A stretch of DNA of 64,000 nt, taken from assembly GCA_038087875.1 (NCBI GenBank), contig CM075992.1:9116001-9180000 (forward strand), read 5' to 3'. Source of the stretch: Malacoraja senta (Eukaryota). The position numbers and the translations under genes are program-made. The notes beneath the pieces are model-generated. The model did no database searches. It had not been told where the DNA came from and saw only the letters and a program-made list of their open reading frames with translations. Positions 26,400 through 39,029 of this stretch are shown in pieces. Positions within the stretch are counted from its first letter, which is position 1. Each line of letters starts with the position of its first letter.

Positions 26400-29300
26400 T
26401 AGGGGGGAAAGAAGAAAACAATAATAAACAGAGATGGTGGGGTTCTTAAATGGGTGAGCAGAGAAACAGAGGGGTGTAAAATGTGGGCGGAAGCAATAGT
26501 AGCAAGGTGAAAAGTAAAAGTGGCAGGCAGACAAATCCAGGGCAAAAATCAAAAAGGGCCACTTTTCAACATAATTGTATAAGGGGTAAGAGCGTTGTAA
26601 AAACAAGCCTGAAGGCTTTGTGTCTCAATGCAAGGAGCATTCATAATAAAGTGGATGAGCTGAACGTGCAGATAGCTATTAATGATTATGATATAGTTGG
26701 GATCACGGAGACATGGCTCCAGGGTGACCAAGGCTGGGAGCTGAACATCCAGGGATATTCAATATTCAGGAGGGATAGAGAGAAAGGAAAAGGAGGTGGG
26801 GTAGCGTTGCTGGTTAGAGAGGAGATTAACGGAAAGGAAGGACATTAGCTTGGAAGATGTGGAATCGATATGGGTAGAGCTGCGAAACACTAAGGGGCAG
26901 AAAACGCTGGTGGGTGTTGTGTACAGGCCACCTAGCAGTAGTAGTGAAGTTGGGGATGGCATCAAACAGGAAATTAGAAATGCGTGCAACAAAGGCAAAA
27001 CAGTTATAATGGGTGACTTCAATCTACATATAGATTGGGTGAATCAAATTGGCAGGGGTGCTGAGGAAGAGGATTTCTTGGAATGTATGCGGGATAGTTA
27101 TCTAAACCAACATGTAGAGGAACCAACGAGAGAGCAGGCTATTCTAGACTGGGTATTGAGTAATGAGGACGGGTTAGTTAGCAGTCTTGTTGTGCGTGCC
27201 CCCTTGGGCAAGAGTGACCATAATATGGTTGAGTTCTTCATTAGAATGGAGAGTGACATTGTTAATTCAGAAACAACGGTTCTGAACTTAAAGAAAGGTA
27301 ACTTTGAGGGTATGAGACGTGAATTGGCCAAGATTGACTGGCAATTAGTTCTAAAAGGGTTGACGGTGGATATGCAATGGAAGGCATTTAAAGACTGCAT
27401 GGATGAACTACAACAATTGTTCATCCCAGTTTGGCAAAAGAATAAATCAGGGAAGGTAGTGCATCCGTGGATAACAAGGGAAATCAGGGATAGTATCAAA
27501 GCAAAAGATGATGCGTACAAATTAGCCAGAAAAAGCAGCATACCAGAGGACTAGGAGAAATTCAGAGACCAGCAGAGGAGGACAAAGGGCTTAATTAGGA
27601 AAGGGAAAATAGATTATGAAAGAAAACTGGCAGGGAACATAAAAACTGACTGCAAAAGTTTTTATAGATATGTGAAGAGAAAGAGATTAGTTAAAACAAA
27701 TGTAGGTCCCTTGCAGTCAGAAACAGGTGAATTGATCATGGGGAACAAGGATATGGCGGACCAATTGAATAACTACTTTGGTTCCGTCTTCACTAAGGAA
27801 GACATAAATAATCTGCCGGAAATAGCAGGGGGCCGCGGGTCAAAGGAGATGGAGGAACTGAGTGAAATCCAGGTTAGTCGGGAAGTGGTGTTGGGTAAAT
27901 TGAATGGATTAAAGGCCGATAAATCACCAGGGCCAGATAGGCTGCATCCCAGAGTACTTAAGGAAGTAGCTCCAGAAATAGTGGCTGCATTAGTGATAAT
28001 TTTTCAAAACTCTTTAAATTCTGGAGTAGTTCCTGAGGATTGGAGGGTAGCAAACGTAACCCCACTTTTTAAGAAGGGAGGGAGAGAGAAAACGGGGAAT
28101 TACAGACCAGTTAGTCTAACATCGGTAGTGGGGAAACTGCAAGAGTCAGTTATTAAAGATGGGATAGCAGCACATTTGGAAAGTGGTGAAATCATTGGAC
28201 AAAGTCAGCATGGATTTACGAAAGGTAAATCGTGTCTGACGAATCTTATAGAATTTTTCGAGGATGTAACTAGTAGAGTGGATAGGGGAGAACCAGTGGA
28301 TGTGTTGTATCTGGACTTTCAGAAGGCTTTCGACAAGGTACCACATAAGAGATTAGTATACAAACTTAAAGCACACGGTATTGGGGGTTCAGTATTGATG
28401 TGAATAGAGAACTGGCTGGCAAACAGGTAGCAAAGAGTAGGAGTAAACGGGTCCTTTTCACAATGGCAGGCAGTGACTAGTGGGGTACCGCAAGGCTCAG
28501 TGCTGGGACCCCAGCTATTTACAATTTATATTAATGAGCTGGATGAGGGAATTGAAGGTAACATCTCCAAGTTTGCGGATGACACTAAGCTGGGGAGCAG
28601 TGTTAGCTGTGAGGAGGATGCGAGGAGACTGCAAGGTGACTTGGATAGGCTGGGTGAGTGGGCAAATGTTTGGCAGATGCAGTATAATGTGGATAAATGT
28701 GACGTTATCCACTTTGGTGGCAAAAACAGGAAAGCAGACTATTGTCTAAATGGTGGCCGATTAGGAAATGGGGAGATGCAGCGAGACCTGGGTGTCATGG
28801 TACACCAGTCATTGAAAGTAGGCATGCAGGTGCAGCAGGCAGTGAAGAAAGCGAATGGTATGTTAGCTTTCATAGCAAAAGGATTTGAGTATAGGAGCAG
28901 GGAGGTTCTACTGCAGTTGTACAGGGTCTTGGTGAGACCACACCTGGAGTATTGCGTACAGTTTTGGTCTCCAAATCTGAGGAAGGACATTATAGCCATA
29001 GAGGGAGTGCAGAGAAGGTTCACCAGACTGATTCCTGGGATGTCAGGACTTTCATATGAAGAAAGACTGGATAGACTTGGCTTATACTCGCTAGAATTTA
29101 GGAGATTGACAGGGGATCTTATAGAAACGTACAAAATTCTTATGGGGTTGGACAGGCTAGATGCAGGAAGATTGTTCCCGATGTTGGGGAAGTCCAGGAC
29201 AAGGGGTCACAGCTTAAGGATAAGGGGGAAATCCTTTAAGACCGAGATGAGGAAAAACTTTTTCACACAGAGAGTGGTGAATCTCTGGAACTCTCTGCCA

Positions 29301-29503
29301 CAGAGGGTAGTTGAGGCCAGTTCATTGGCTATATTTAAGAGGGAGTTAGATGTGGCCCTTGTGGCTAAAGGGATCAGGGGGTATGGAGAGAAGGCAGGTA
29401 TGGGATACTGAGTTGGATGATCAGCCATGATCATATTGAATGCCGGTGCAGGCTCGAAGGGCCGAATGGCCTACTCCTGCACCTATTTTCTATGTATCTA
29501 TGT
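26400..29503 (+). mobile_element. CR1 LINE with near-complete ORF2 (APE endonuclease + reverse transcriptase), disabled
   Basis: CLNARSI, VGITETWL, MGDFN, SDHN, NYRPVSLTS, YLDFQKAFDKVPH, GVPQGSVLGP and KFADDTK motifs. Frameshift near 26830 and in-frame stops at 27552, 28401 and 28428; 3' ctatgt microsatellite tail. Left boundary approximate. Confidence 0.95.
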
Positions 29504-29729
29504 AATATGAAACAGACAAATATGGGAGTTTTCCAAGGTATCCCATCAAAATTTTATCCATAATCAACAAAACCAAAGATCTGATTAATCCAGTTATTCT
29601 CGCCTTGCAGTTTTTTGGTGCTTGTGCCATATTTGCTATAGTTATAACATGAACTTCAGTTCAAAGTGCACTTGAGGTGGCAGAGGTGCGCAGCTAATGA
29701 AACTGTTGCCTCACAGCCCCTGAGACCTG

Positions 29730-30273
29730 CGTTCTCCCTCTCAACCCCCTCCCTCTCTACCCCCTCCCTCTCTACCCCCTTCCTCTCCAGCCCCCTCCCT
29801 CTCCACCCCCCTCCCTCTCTACCCCCTCCCTCTCTACCCCCTCCCTCTCTACCTCCCTCCCTCTCTACCCCCTCCCTCTCTACCCCCTCCCTCTCTACCC
29901 CCCTCCCTCTCTACCCCCTTCCTCTCCAGCCCCCTCCCTCTCCACCCCCTCCCTCTCTCCCCCCTGCCTCTCTCTACCCCCCCCCTCTACCCCCTCCCTC
30001 TCTACCCCCTCCCTCTCTACCCCCTCCCTCTCTACCCCCTCCCTCTCTACCCCCTCCCTCTCTACCCCCCCTCCCTCTCTATCCCCCTCCCTCTCTACCC
30101 CCTCCCTCTATACCCCCCTCCCACTTTACCCGCCCTCCCTCTCAACCCCCCTCCCTCTCTACCACCCCTCCCTCTCTACCCCCCTCCCTCTCTACCCCCC
30201 TCTCTCTTTACACCCTCCCTCACTACCCCCCTCCCTCTCTACCCCACTCCCTCTCTACCACCCCTCCCTCTCT
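29730..30273. repeat. Polypyrimidine minisatellite, ~15-bp unit CCCCTCCCTCTCTAC
   Basis: Directly visible tandem array of about 540 bp. Confidence 0.95.
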
Positions 30274-30441
30274 AGGGATTGAAGAGGGAGGGTGAAGAGG
30301 AGGAGGAGGGAGTGCTGGGGGATGAGGAGAAATGAGCCGCGCCTGCGCAGTTGGGGGCTATGCGTGAGTGGTGCAAAATTGCGTTGGGGGAACGGGTGAG
30401 TGGTGGAATCTTGCATTGGGGAGCAGACCCAATCGGTCTAG
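30274..30441 (+). mobile_element. Possible 3' end of a non-autonomous Helitron-like element
   Basis: Duplicated gtgagtggtg...ttgcgttgggg block, short hairpin (AGACC...GGTCT) and terminal CTAG followed by T; 5' end not identified. Confidence 0.35.
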
Positions 30442-31962
30442 TAGGCTTATAAATTGCAGATGGCATTTGCACTGTGAGTGTCAGATAATGACCATCCCCA
30501 ATAAGGGACAATCTATCCTCCTAGCCTCAACATTCAATGGCATTGTCATTGTTCATTCCACCTCCATCAACATTCCGGGAGAACTCATCTGGACAAGACA
30601 ATAAATGTTATGGACACAAGAGCATTTTAGAAATATTGTACCCTGCCTTATCTCCTGGAAGTCCAAACCATTTCTACAATCCTACAAGGTACTTCAGCAG
30701 TGAGTGGACCACTCTCCACATAACATTTAACACTCTAAGAGCTTGAAACCATCTAGAACAAAGGAGCTCACTGATTGTCACCCTAACCACCATCCTAGGC
30801 ATTAATTTCCTTCACAGCCTTGACTTCCTTGACACAGTGATTGTAGTGTATACTGTCCACAAAATGCGTTCAGTTACTCACTTGATATTGTGACTGCACC
30901 TCCCAATCCCACAACCTTCACCATCAAGAAAGACATTTACAGCTGATGCATGGGAATACCAACATCGGCAGGGTTTATGCCAAGTGGCTCACCATCCTCA
31001 TTATTCCTGGGTCTAAATCTAACTCCCCACATAATACCATTGTAGGAGTATCCTCACCAGAGGGACTGCTGTGGTTCAAGGCTGGAGCTCACCACCATCT
31101 CAAGAGCAACCAGGGATGGGCAATAACTGTTGGTCTTACCACTGATGCCCAGATTCTGAAATAAATGAATAAGCAAATCTATATTTTGTATAGGAAAGAA
31201 CTGCGGATACTGGTTTAAATCTTTATTTTGCATCATCTTTCCAATGTTCTACCATGAACCACTGCATTTTTGCTGAGATATGAATCCCACATGGTTTCAG
31301 AACACCAGTTTGTCACGTGTGAAATGAAACATTACCAAAGTTAACACGACAAAATTAATATTATGAAAGATAATGCGGCACATAGGATAAGAGTTAATAC
31401 AAGTCAATTGAGACATGACTATTGATGAAAGGTTTGGTGATGTGAGATTTGAAGTGGCATTATAAAGAAGAGAAGAAGTGAGGTTTGGGAAGGGAACTCC
31501 AGTGGTAACAGCATGAACAGTTGAAAACACTGCCACCAATGATGGGGCAAAAGGAAGTGAATGGAACATCGCTGAAACTCAGAAGATTCTCAGACGAGAA
31601 TTGTACAGTAGGAAGAAAAAAAATAGAGCCTACCTCTGAGTAATCTGTGCTTGCACCCATTATGCATCCCATTTTCTTCATCCATCCAATCTAATGGCAA
31701 GACTTAACATTCTTTCCGTCTCATTTGCCACTCCAAGAAATTACTTCCACACCTCTGTTGTTAGTGGAAACAATCTTCTACCCAGTCTCTTCTAATCTTT
31801 CATAATTATAAATTCTCCAATCATACTGCCTGTAATTCATTATAGTCTATTGAAAAATAACAATTTTTAAATTAAAAAAGACACAGTGCTGGAGTAACTC
31901 AGAAGTCAGGTAGCATCTCTGGAATACATGGATAGGTGACATTTCCAGTGGGGACCTCTCTT

Positions 31963-33009
31963 TAGCAATGTTACAAAATTTTGAGATTTAAAAAATCAAG
32001 TCTGCAATTTATCCCATCAGATAAAGCATAAAAATAAGTTTAATTTGACACCTAATTCACTTTCATATCTTCAGTATTAAAAAAGTTATGGCCATTTTCA
32101 TACTCTGAAATTAGCATCTTGTTCCCTATTGCTTTTCCATTGACTTAACTCAAAAGCTGTGATCGAGGACAGTCATAAAGCCCATAACTTTCTTAAAAAT
32201 TAAGAGAACTGAATGAAATTTTCAGTTATTATAGATTGAAGCATTCTGAAACAAATATGAAACAATCTTACTTGGATGACCTGAAATTAAAGCATATAAT
32301 TAGTTAGTTACCTAATTGTAGCTAATTACAAAATTCAATTACTAGATCAAAACACCTATCCATTTCTTAAGAAAAGGTTAACATTTTTAAATAGCCTAAG
32401 TGTCCAAATAACATTCACACAAGAATTCACAATATAACATGATTTTTAAATCTCATTGTCATGAATTTATAGGCCAAATGGAAGGAATTTAATGTTTAAT
32501 TCCCATAAACTAATGGGCATTTTAATCATCTTGCGAGTGGGTTTTTGTGGAACGCGATCGATTGGAACGTTGCGGTTGTGGTGAATTTGAACCCCATATC
32601 GGCAGGAAAAACACTGCCGGTTCGTATGGGGCCAAAATCACATTAGCGCCAAGGAAATTTTGATTAAAGTCATCCTAAGAAGCAAGTTTATATGTAAAAT
32701 ATACGACTTACCTTATGTTTTGTCCCCTACGTGAGATCCGTCCCGTTGTAGGCGTTGACGGCATTAGAAGTAGCTTTTTATTTTACTCCCGGGATTAAAT
32801 TGTTCCACGATTTATTTATTTTTACTTCAGAGAACGGAAGTCGGAACGATTTTTCTGCAGCAGCTTAACAGCCTGAGAAAGTTCGCCTCCGACAGGCAGG
32901 AGAAAACGGCATTTTAATCCCGCCCCCCCCCCTCAAAGGCGGCAAAGTCGCGCACACGGCCAGTGGCAGAACTGCAGCGCCGCTGAAGGTAAGTATTGTA
33001 ACATCGCTA
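31963..33009. mobile_element. Non-autonomous TIR DNA transposon, copy 2 (7-bp TSD CTCTCTT)
   Basis: Begins TAGCAATGTTACAA and ends TTGTAACATCGCTA; CTCTCTT on both flanks; splits a Penelope-derived palindromic element. Confidence 0.9.
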
Positions 33010-33848
33010 CTCTCTTCAGGTAGGTCCCAACCTGAAACATTGCCCACCCGTGTTATCCAGAGATGCTGCCTGACTTGCTGAATTACCTGCATCATAACAA
33101 ATTTTCCTTGCCTCTGAAGGACACAAAGTGCTGGAGTAACTCGGCGGGTCAGGCAGCATCTCTGGAGAACATGGATAGGTGGCGTTTCTGGTCGGGACCC
33201 TTCTTTAGATTCCTTGCCTTTCTCTAATCCTTTACCATTTAACTTATCTTCAACTGGAAATATTTTCTCCTATTTTGCTTATGAAAGCACTTCATGATCC
33301 TTATTAAATCTCCCGATGTCCTTTGCGTTCTCAGCATGACGCAATACTGCAGAATCACTTCAAACAACCGTTAATTTCCGTTTGATTTTTCCTTTTGGGA
33401 AGCAATAGAACAAGCAATAGTGGAACCAGAGGAAAAATAATTATAAAAGTCAAACGGAAGTGAGTATTATTATTGATCAGTAAAGACATCCCAGAATCAG
33501 AGCGTCAAGAGAGAAGGTTGCTAAGGAACTGACAACAAAGTCATGTGTGATGCGGCTCTTTCCTTTGCGCATCAGCAGATACCTTGGGTAGATTCTAATT
33601 TTGAGTCTTTTAGCTGGTGTGATTGGAAGTGGCAGGAAGAGGCGTTAAAACATAATGTTCAGCATCCTGTAAACAGGGGAGGTTAAGTCATTTCCTCCCC
33701 TCCCCCTCTTCACCCCTGTAGTCCAAACAAGTGACAAAAGGACTAAGCTTCATTGTGATGCCCCTGGTCCATCAAGCTGCCAGCACTCACTGTTCAGGTG
33801 TGCACATGAAGGTTTGTGTCAACTGTAAGCCAACTATCACCTGTGGCA

Positions 33849-35555
33849 ATGGAGGACGAGACGGCGCCAGCACCGGTGGAAGGTGAGGAGGAGACAACAG
33901 CACCTGACGAAGGGGCAGCTCCTGAGGAACCAGCAAAGGAGGACGCAGAACCAGAGGCAGAACCAGAGGCCGAACCAGAGGCCGAAGCAGAGGCCGAACC
34001 AGAGGCCGAACCAGAGGCAGAACCAGAGGCAGAACCAGAGGCAGAACCAGAGGCAGCACCAGAGGCAGAACCAGAGGCAGCACCAGAGGAAGAACCAGAG
34101 GAGGCTCCAGCAGAACCAGAGGCAGCACCAGAAGAAACAGCACGCGCAGAATCACCAAAAGATGAGGCAGCAGCTGTGGAATCACCGAAAGCGGCAACAC
34201 CTACAGAATCACCAAAAGCGGTGGCAACTCCTCCGGGATCACCCAAGGCAGAATCACCGCAAAAGGAGGCCACGCCTGCAGCGTCACCGAAAAAGGCCAC
34301 GCCAGCAGAGTCACCGAAAAAGGAGGCCACGCCTGCAGAGTCACCGAAAAAGGTGGCCACACCTGCAGCGTCACCTAAAGAGACAGGAACACGTGCAGAG
34401 TCACCGCAAGAACTAACACGTGCAGAGTCACCAAAAGAAGCAACGCGTGCAGAGACACCAGAGGAAGCGGCGGCGCGTGCTGAGTCACCAAAAGAGGCAC
34501 CGACAGAAGAGGCAGCTCGTGCAGGGTCACCAAAAGAGGAGAAAGCGCCAGAGGAAGCAGCAAAAGAGGAGAAAGCGCCAGAGGAAACAGCAAAAGAGGA
34601 GAAAGCGCCAGAGGAAGCAGCAAAAGGGGAAGAGGAGCAAACTTGTCAAAAACCAGACAAGCCACCAGGAGAGAGCACTGAAGAGAAAGCAAAGGCAGCA
34701 GATGAGGCCAAAGAAGATAAAGCAGCAGCAGAAGGAGGCACCTGTGCCAAACCCAAACCGGAAGAGGGCACTGGTGAAAAAGGAGCCGCTGATGATAAAG
34801 CAGCAGCAGCAGCAGCAGCAGAAGGAGGCACCTGTGCCAAACCTAAACCAGAAGAGAGCACTGGTGAAAAAGGAGGCACAGATGATAAAGCAGCAGCAGC
34901 AGCAGCAGGAGGAGGAGGCACCTGTGCCAAGCCTAAACCGGAAGAGAGCACCGGTGAAAAAGGAGGCAAAGATGATAAAGCAGCAGCAGCAGCAGCAGGA
35001 GCCCCCTGCAGAAAATCTAAACCAGAAGAGAGCGCTGGTGAAAAACCAAAACCAGCAGAAGGTATCTGTGGAAAATCAGCAAAAGATAGCGCTGATACAA
35101 AATCAAAGGAGGCAGAAACAAAACAAACAGAAGAGAGTGACAAAGCAAAGCCAACAAAAGTATGCGTTCCTTGTGCTAAAGCAGCAGCAGCTGTGGGTCC
35201 TGGCTGTAAATTCAACCCACCAGTAGATAGCCCCTCCAACAATGCTGAGTTGGCACCAGTCAGCTCCTCTACAAACAAAGATGTTACTCCTTGCACAAAA
35301 CCAAAAGAGGCAGAACCCTGTGGCTGTAAATTCAAATCACCATTAGAAGCCACTAAAACCTCTGAAACATCAGTTCCAACCTCTGCAAGATCAAAATCGA
35401 GCAAATGCTGGGGAAGTGATCAGCGAACAGAGATCTGTGGTTGTGGAAGGCCAAAGCCAGCTGGAGCCAAAACCTGTGGAAGTCCACCCAAAGTCATCTG
35501 TGGCTGTAAAGACCCCAAAACAGGAGGCAAAACCTCTGGGAAATCAAAGCAATAA
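33849..35555 (+). CDS. Single-exon 568-aa low-complexity protein: (EPEA)n, SPK/SPKK repeats, Lys/Cys-rich C-terminal repeats; no recognisable homologue
   Basis: 1.7-kb uninterrupted ORF with strong Kozak context (gcaATGG) and an upstream in-frame TGA (33807). Acceptor tgttcag| at 33797; codon-preserving repeat units; no TE hallmarks; followed by TE-poor 3'UTR-like DNA with several AATAAA (e.g. ~37172, ~37271). Confidence 0.75.
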   Translation: MEDETAPAPVEGEEETTAPDEGAAPEEPAKEDAEPEAEPEAEPEAEAEAEPEAEPEAEPEAEPEAEPEAAPEAEPEAAPEEEPEEAPAEPEAAPEETARAESPKDEAAAVESPKAATPTESPKAVATPPGSPKAESPQKEATPAASPKKATPAESPKKEATPAESPKKVATPAASPKETGTRAESPQELTRAESPKEATRAETPEEAAARAESPKEAPTEEAARAGSPKEEKAPEEAAKEEKAPEETAKEEKAPEEAAKGEEEQTCQKPDKPPGESTEEKAKAADEAKEDKAAAEGGTCAKPKPEEGTGEKGAADDKAAAAAAAEGGTCAKPKPEESTGEKGGTDDKAAAAAAGGGGTCAKPKPEESTGEKGGKDDKAAAAAAGAPCRKSKPEESAGEKPKPAEGICGKSAKDSADTKSKEAETKQTEESDKAKPTKVCVPCAKAAAAVGPGCKFNPPVDSPSNNAELAPVSSSTNKDVTPCTKPKEAEPCGCKFKSPLEATKTSETSVPTSARSKSSKCWGSDQRTEICGCGRPKPAGAKTCGSPPKVICGCKDPKTGGKTSGKSKQ

Positions 35556-37584
35556 GCAGCAGGATTGTCTTCCCAATGAACTGGTAAAGTTGCAACCCAG
35601 CTTCTTTCTGACATAGACGTACAGCACAAAACAACCCCTAAAGGATGGATAACTGCTATGAAAAACCATTTTCGCAACATGGGGCTGAGCAGGGATTCTT
35701 CTCTTCATTTAACAACTGAGCTGAGAGTATGTGGCACTAATATTAAATCACAGAGATGTTCCTTTCCCCAAACCTTGAAATAGAAATAACTTCTTACCAA
35801 CTCACCAGAACCATAAGCCCACCAAAAATCAACAACAAATGTCCATTGATTAATGGAAGAAAGTCCTGAATGTTTTAATATTGAGTCTGTAGAAAACTGT
35901 GCAGTAAGTGGGGAGAGATGCACCTAAATACCTGAGCACCCGTGATATAGCCTGCATTAGGGTATCTACGGGAACAAGAGATGTGAGGTTAGGGTGGGCG
36001 TAGAATATCATAGATTCTGAAACAGTTACCAGTCCCAAAACCAGAACACAGACACATCTTCCTTTACTGAATTACACATGATTTCATCTTATCATTAACA
36101 CAAACCTGCCTCAATACTTCAACAGTATCCACACTAAGAGAATCAATGTCACTGTTTTTATATAAATTCCTTTTTTTCCACCGAAAGCACTAAACCTGGC
36201 TCATATCTCAGATAACCATGGAAAGGAGATGTTAAACGCGAAGGGAAAAGGTAAACATAGGAATAAACAACTATCCGTCCATTTTGAAACTTGCTTCATC
36301 TCACACACATCCCATTAATTAGTGAATTAATTTGCTTTCATTGCAATTTTAATACTCATCTGATGGAACTGTGAACTTTCTCCCCTATTCGAGCATTGCA
36401 ATGTCAGCACCAAGTACTCTCTGGTCAGACATGGTGCACGTGAGCAAAGTAATAGAAAATCTAGAAACAGAAGTAGGCCAATAAACCAATTGCATTAAGT
36501 TCAGCAACTCAATGCAATCCTATTTCATCTGAATCCTCACATCATCTACCTGCACTGGTTCCATATGCATTAGTATCCTTACAGATTAAGACTTCTTCAG
36601 CAACTGCGTTAATCTCAACCTTCCCATCATGTGTGACATTTAATTCTATTGACAGCATCATTATGATTGGAAAGTCTAGAATGCATCCAGTTCAGGCAGA
36701 GGGCTGCCAGATGTAAAGTAAAGCTCCTTTTCTCTGCATCAAATCTACTCAAAATTGTTTCAAATTAAGAACACTCAACCCATTCTCATTGAATACCATT
36801 GTCTCGTTTTTACAACTCGATACTTAAATTAGGCTCATTGGCACAATCTCAAAAAATCCTTGTCAAAAAAACATGTCATTTTTCATTTCTTACTGCCATT
36901 TTTCTTGGACAGAAACCTTAGACAAACATACATGAACATTGTTAGCACATTTGCAAAGTAAGCAACAGCAAAATCAGTTTGGTCGAGCATAAGACTAGAA
37001 CATAAGACTTCAGTTCCTTCTGGGCACTGTTCCCCATCTCTTAAAGATGTCAGAAACAAGACCATTGTTGCTAACTGTGATTATGTTTGAAGAGTACCAC
37101 CGCTGATCATGGTGCATGATAACAACTTCATGGCAAGTAATCATTCAAAACACAGCCTTGAATACGATAGCAATAAAGAAATGAGTTTTGGCTCGGACTC
37201 TGTGTGTCTTGCTGTACTTTTTTTTAAGGGACTTTTGTCAACTGCTGTAATCAACAAAGCAAGTACAGGTAATAAACAACACTATTAAATTAGTTAAGCT
37301 TAAGTTAAACCACTGTGGTCAAAAGAACACAAGAAACAGTAGGCCAATCAATCCATCAAGCCTACTTCACCATCATTAAGATCATGGGTGATTCAAATCA
37401 CATTTCCTGCTCTCTTCCCATTCCCCTCACACTCCTCTTTTAACCACATGTCTATTAGATTATACCAGGAGCCCTCAGCAAGTCTCGCGACTAAAACACA
37501 CAGGATATTCTCACAAATGTCATTTCCTGTGTCAAAAATTAAGATATGATCAATGAAAGGAAAGAAAACAACTTGATTTACTGT

Positions 37585-38050
37585 TTAGTTTATTGTCAAA
37601 TGTACCGAGGTACAGTGAAAAGCTTTTGTTGCGTGCTAACCAGTCAGTGGAGAGACAATACATGATTACAATCGAGCCATTTACAGTGTATAGATACATG
37701 ATAAGGGAATAACGCTTAGTGCAAAGTAAAGCCAGCTAACTCCAATCAAGGATAGTCCGTGGTTACCAACGAGGTAGATAGTAGTTCAGGACTGCTCTGT
37801 GGTTGTGGTAGGATGATTCAGTTGCCTGATAACAGCTGGGAAGAAACTCACTGAATTTGGAGGTGTGCGTTTTCACACTTCTCTCCCTTTTGCCTGATGG
37901 GAGAGGGGAGAAGAGGGAGTGGCCAGGGTGCAACTCGTCCTTAATTATGCTACTGGCCTTGTCGAGGCAGCGTGAGGTATGAATAGAGTCAATGGAAGGA
38001 GTTTGGTTTGTGTGATGGTCTGGGCTACATCCACAATTCGCTGCAATTTC
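37585..38050 (-). mobile_element. Rex1/Babar-like LINE 3' fragment
   Basis: Translation SIHTSRCLDKASSIIKDELHPGHSLFSPLPSGKR, typical of this clade's C-terminus. Confidence 0.7.
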
Positions 38051-38851
38051 TTGACAAAAAAATGTCCCTTTATGGTAAGTCATAAGAACAGGACAAGTGA
38101 AAACAGATTCAAATAGTGAAAGAAGATTTAAGGGAAAAAGCGAGAAGAAATTCTTCACACATAGTGGACCCAACACAGAGAATATACTTCTGAGTTGCGC
38201 ACGGGAGCCAGAAACCAGAGAGACATAAATGGCAGTGTGTATGGCAGGCGGTTACAGGAACTGCAGACCTTTGCTATGTCGATAAGTCATGAAGGCTGAT
38301 TTTTCTCTCTTCCTAATCTTGTACTCAGTAAGTCAATGGCCGAGGAAATTGAACATTTTACCTGTTTATCAAGAATTCCAATATGATAGTGCAACATTGT
38401 TATAACTTTTCATTACTATTTTCTTCATGCCTAATCTTTGGTATTTTAACATGTCAGGTGCTACATCCAGCATGCATAACTTTGGTCAGGTGCTCTGACT
38501 ATTTGAATTGAGTTTAGTTTATTGTCACGTGTACCAAGGTACAGTGAAGAGCATTTGTTGTATGCTAACCGGTCAGCGGAAAGGCAATACATGATTACAA
38601 TCGATCCATCCTCATTATACAGATACACGAGTAGAGATTTAAAAGAGTGGAGCGATTGTAATAAGTGATTACAGATAATTCCTTAGATATACTCAATTAT
38701 CACCATGATGTAGAAACACAGGAAAAAAGTTCTGGAGCTAAGAGATGTAATTTCTTCTTGGGAAAGAGAAATGTAGAGACAATTTAATCATAGGCTCTTA
38801 AAATTATGTTTGGGTTGTGCAGCATGGATAGGAAAAGAATGCCATGGAATG

Positions 38852-39029
38852 TGTTGTGTATTTGGATGCTTGGAACAGACTTTAATAAGGCTTGGACACG
38901 GGAGTAAACTAACAAGCTTCTTTATTCCAGGACGCCACCTTGAGACTCCCCCGCGCATGCGTACTTGCACCACATCACAAGACATCACATATACTAATTA
39001 CATATGCTAATTATATCACATACCTAACA
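38852..39029 (-). repeat. 3' LTR
   Basis: Direct repeat of 42981-43158, adjacent to the PPT. Confidence 0.95.

Noticed and set aside
29666..30295. 209-aa proline-rich (extensin-like) ORF
   Set aside because: Simply the translation of a C/T minisatellite; non-ATG start.
33787..35404. Alternative-frame and antisense ORFs over the orphan gene
   Set aside because: Shadows of the repetitive main frame; each is shorter and interrupted.
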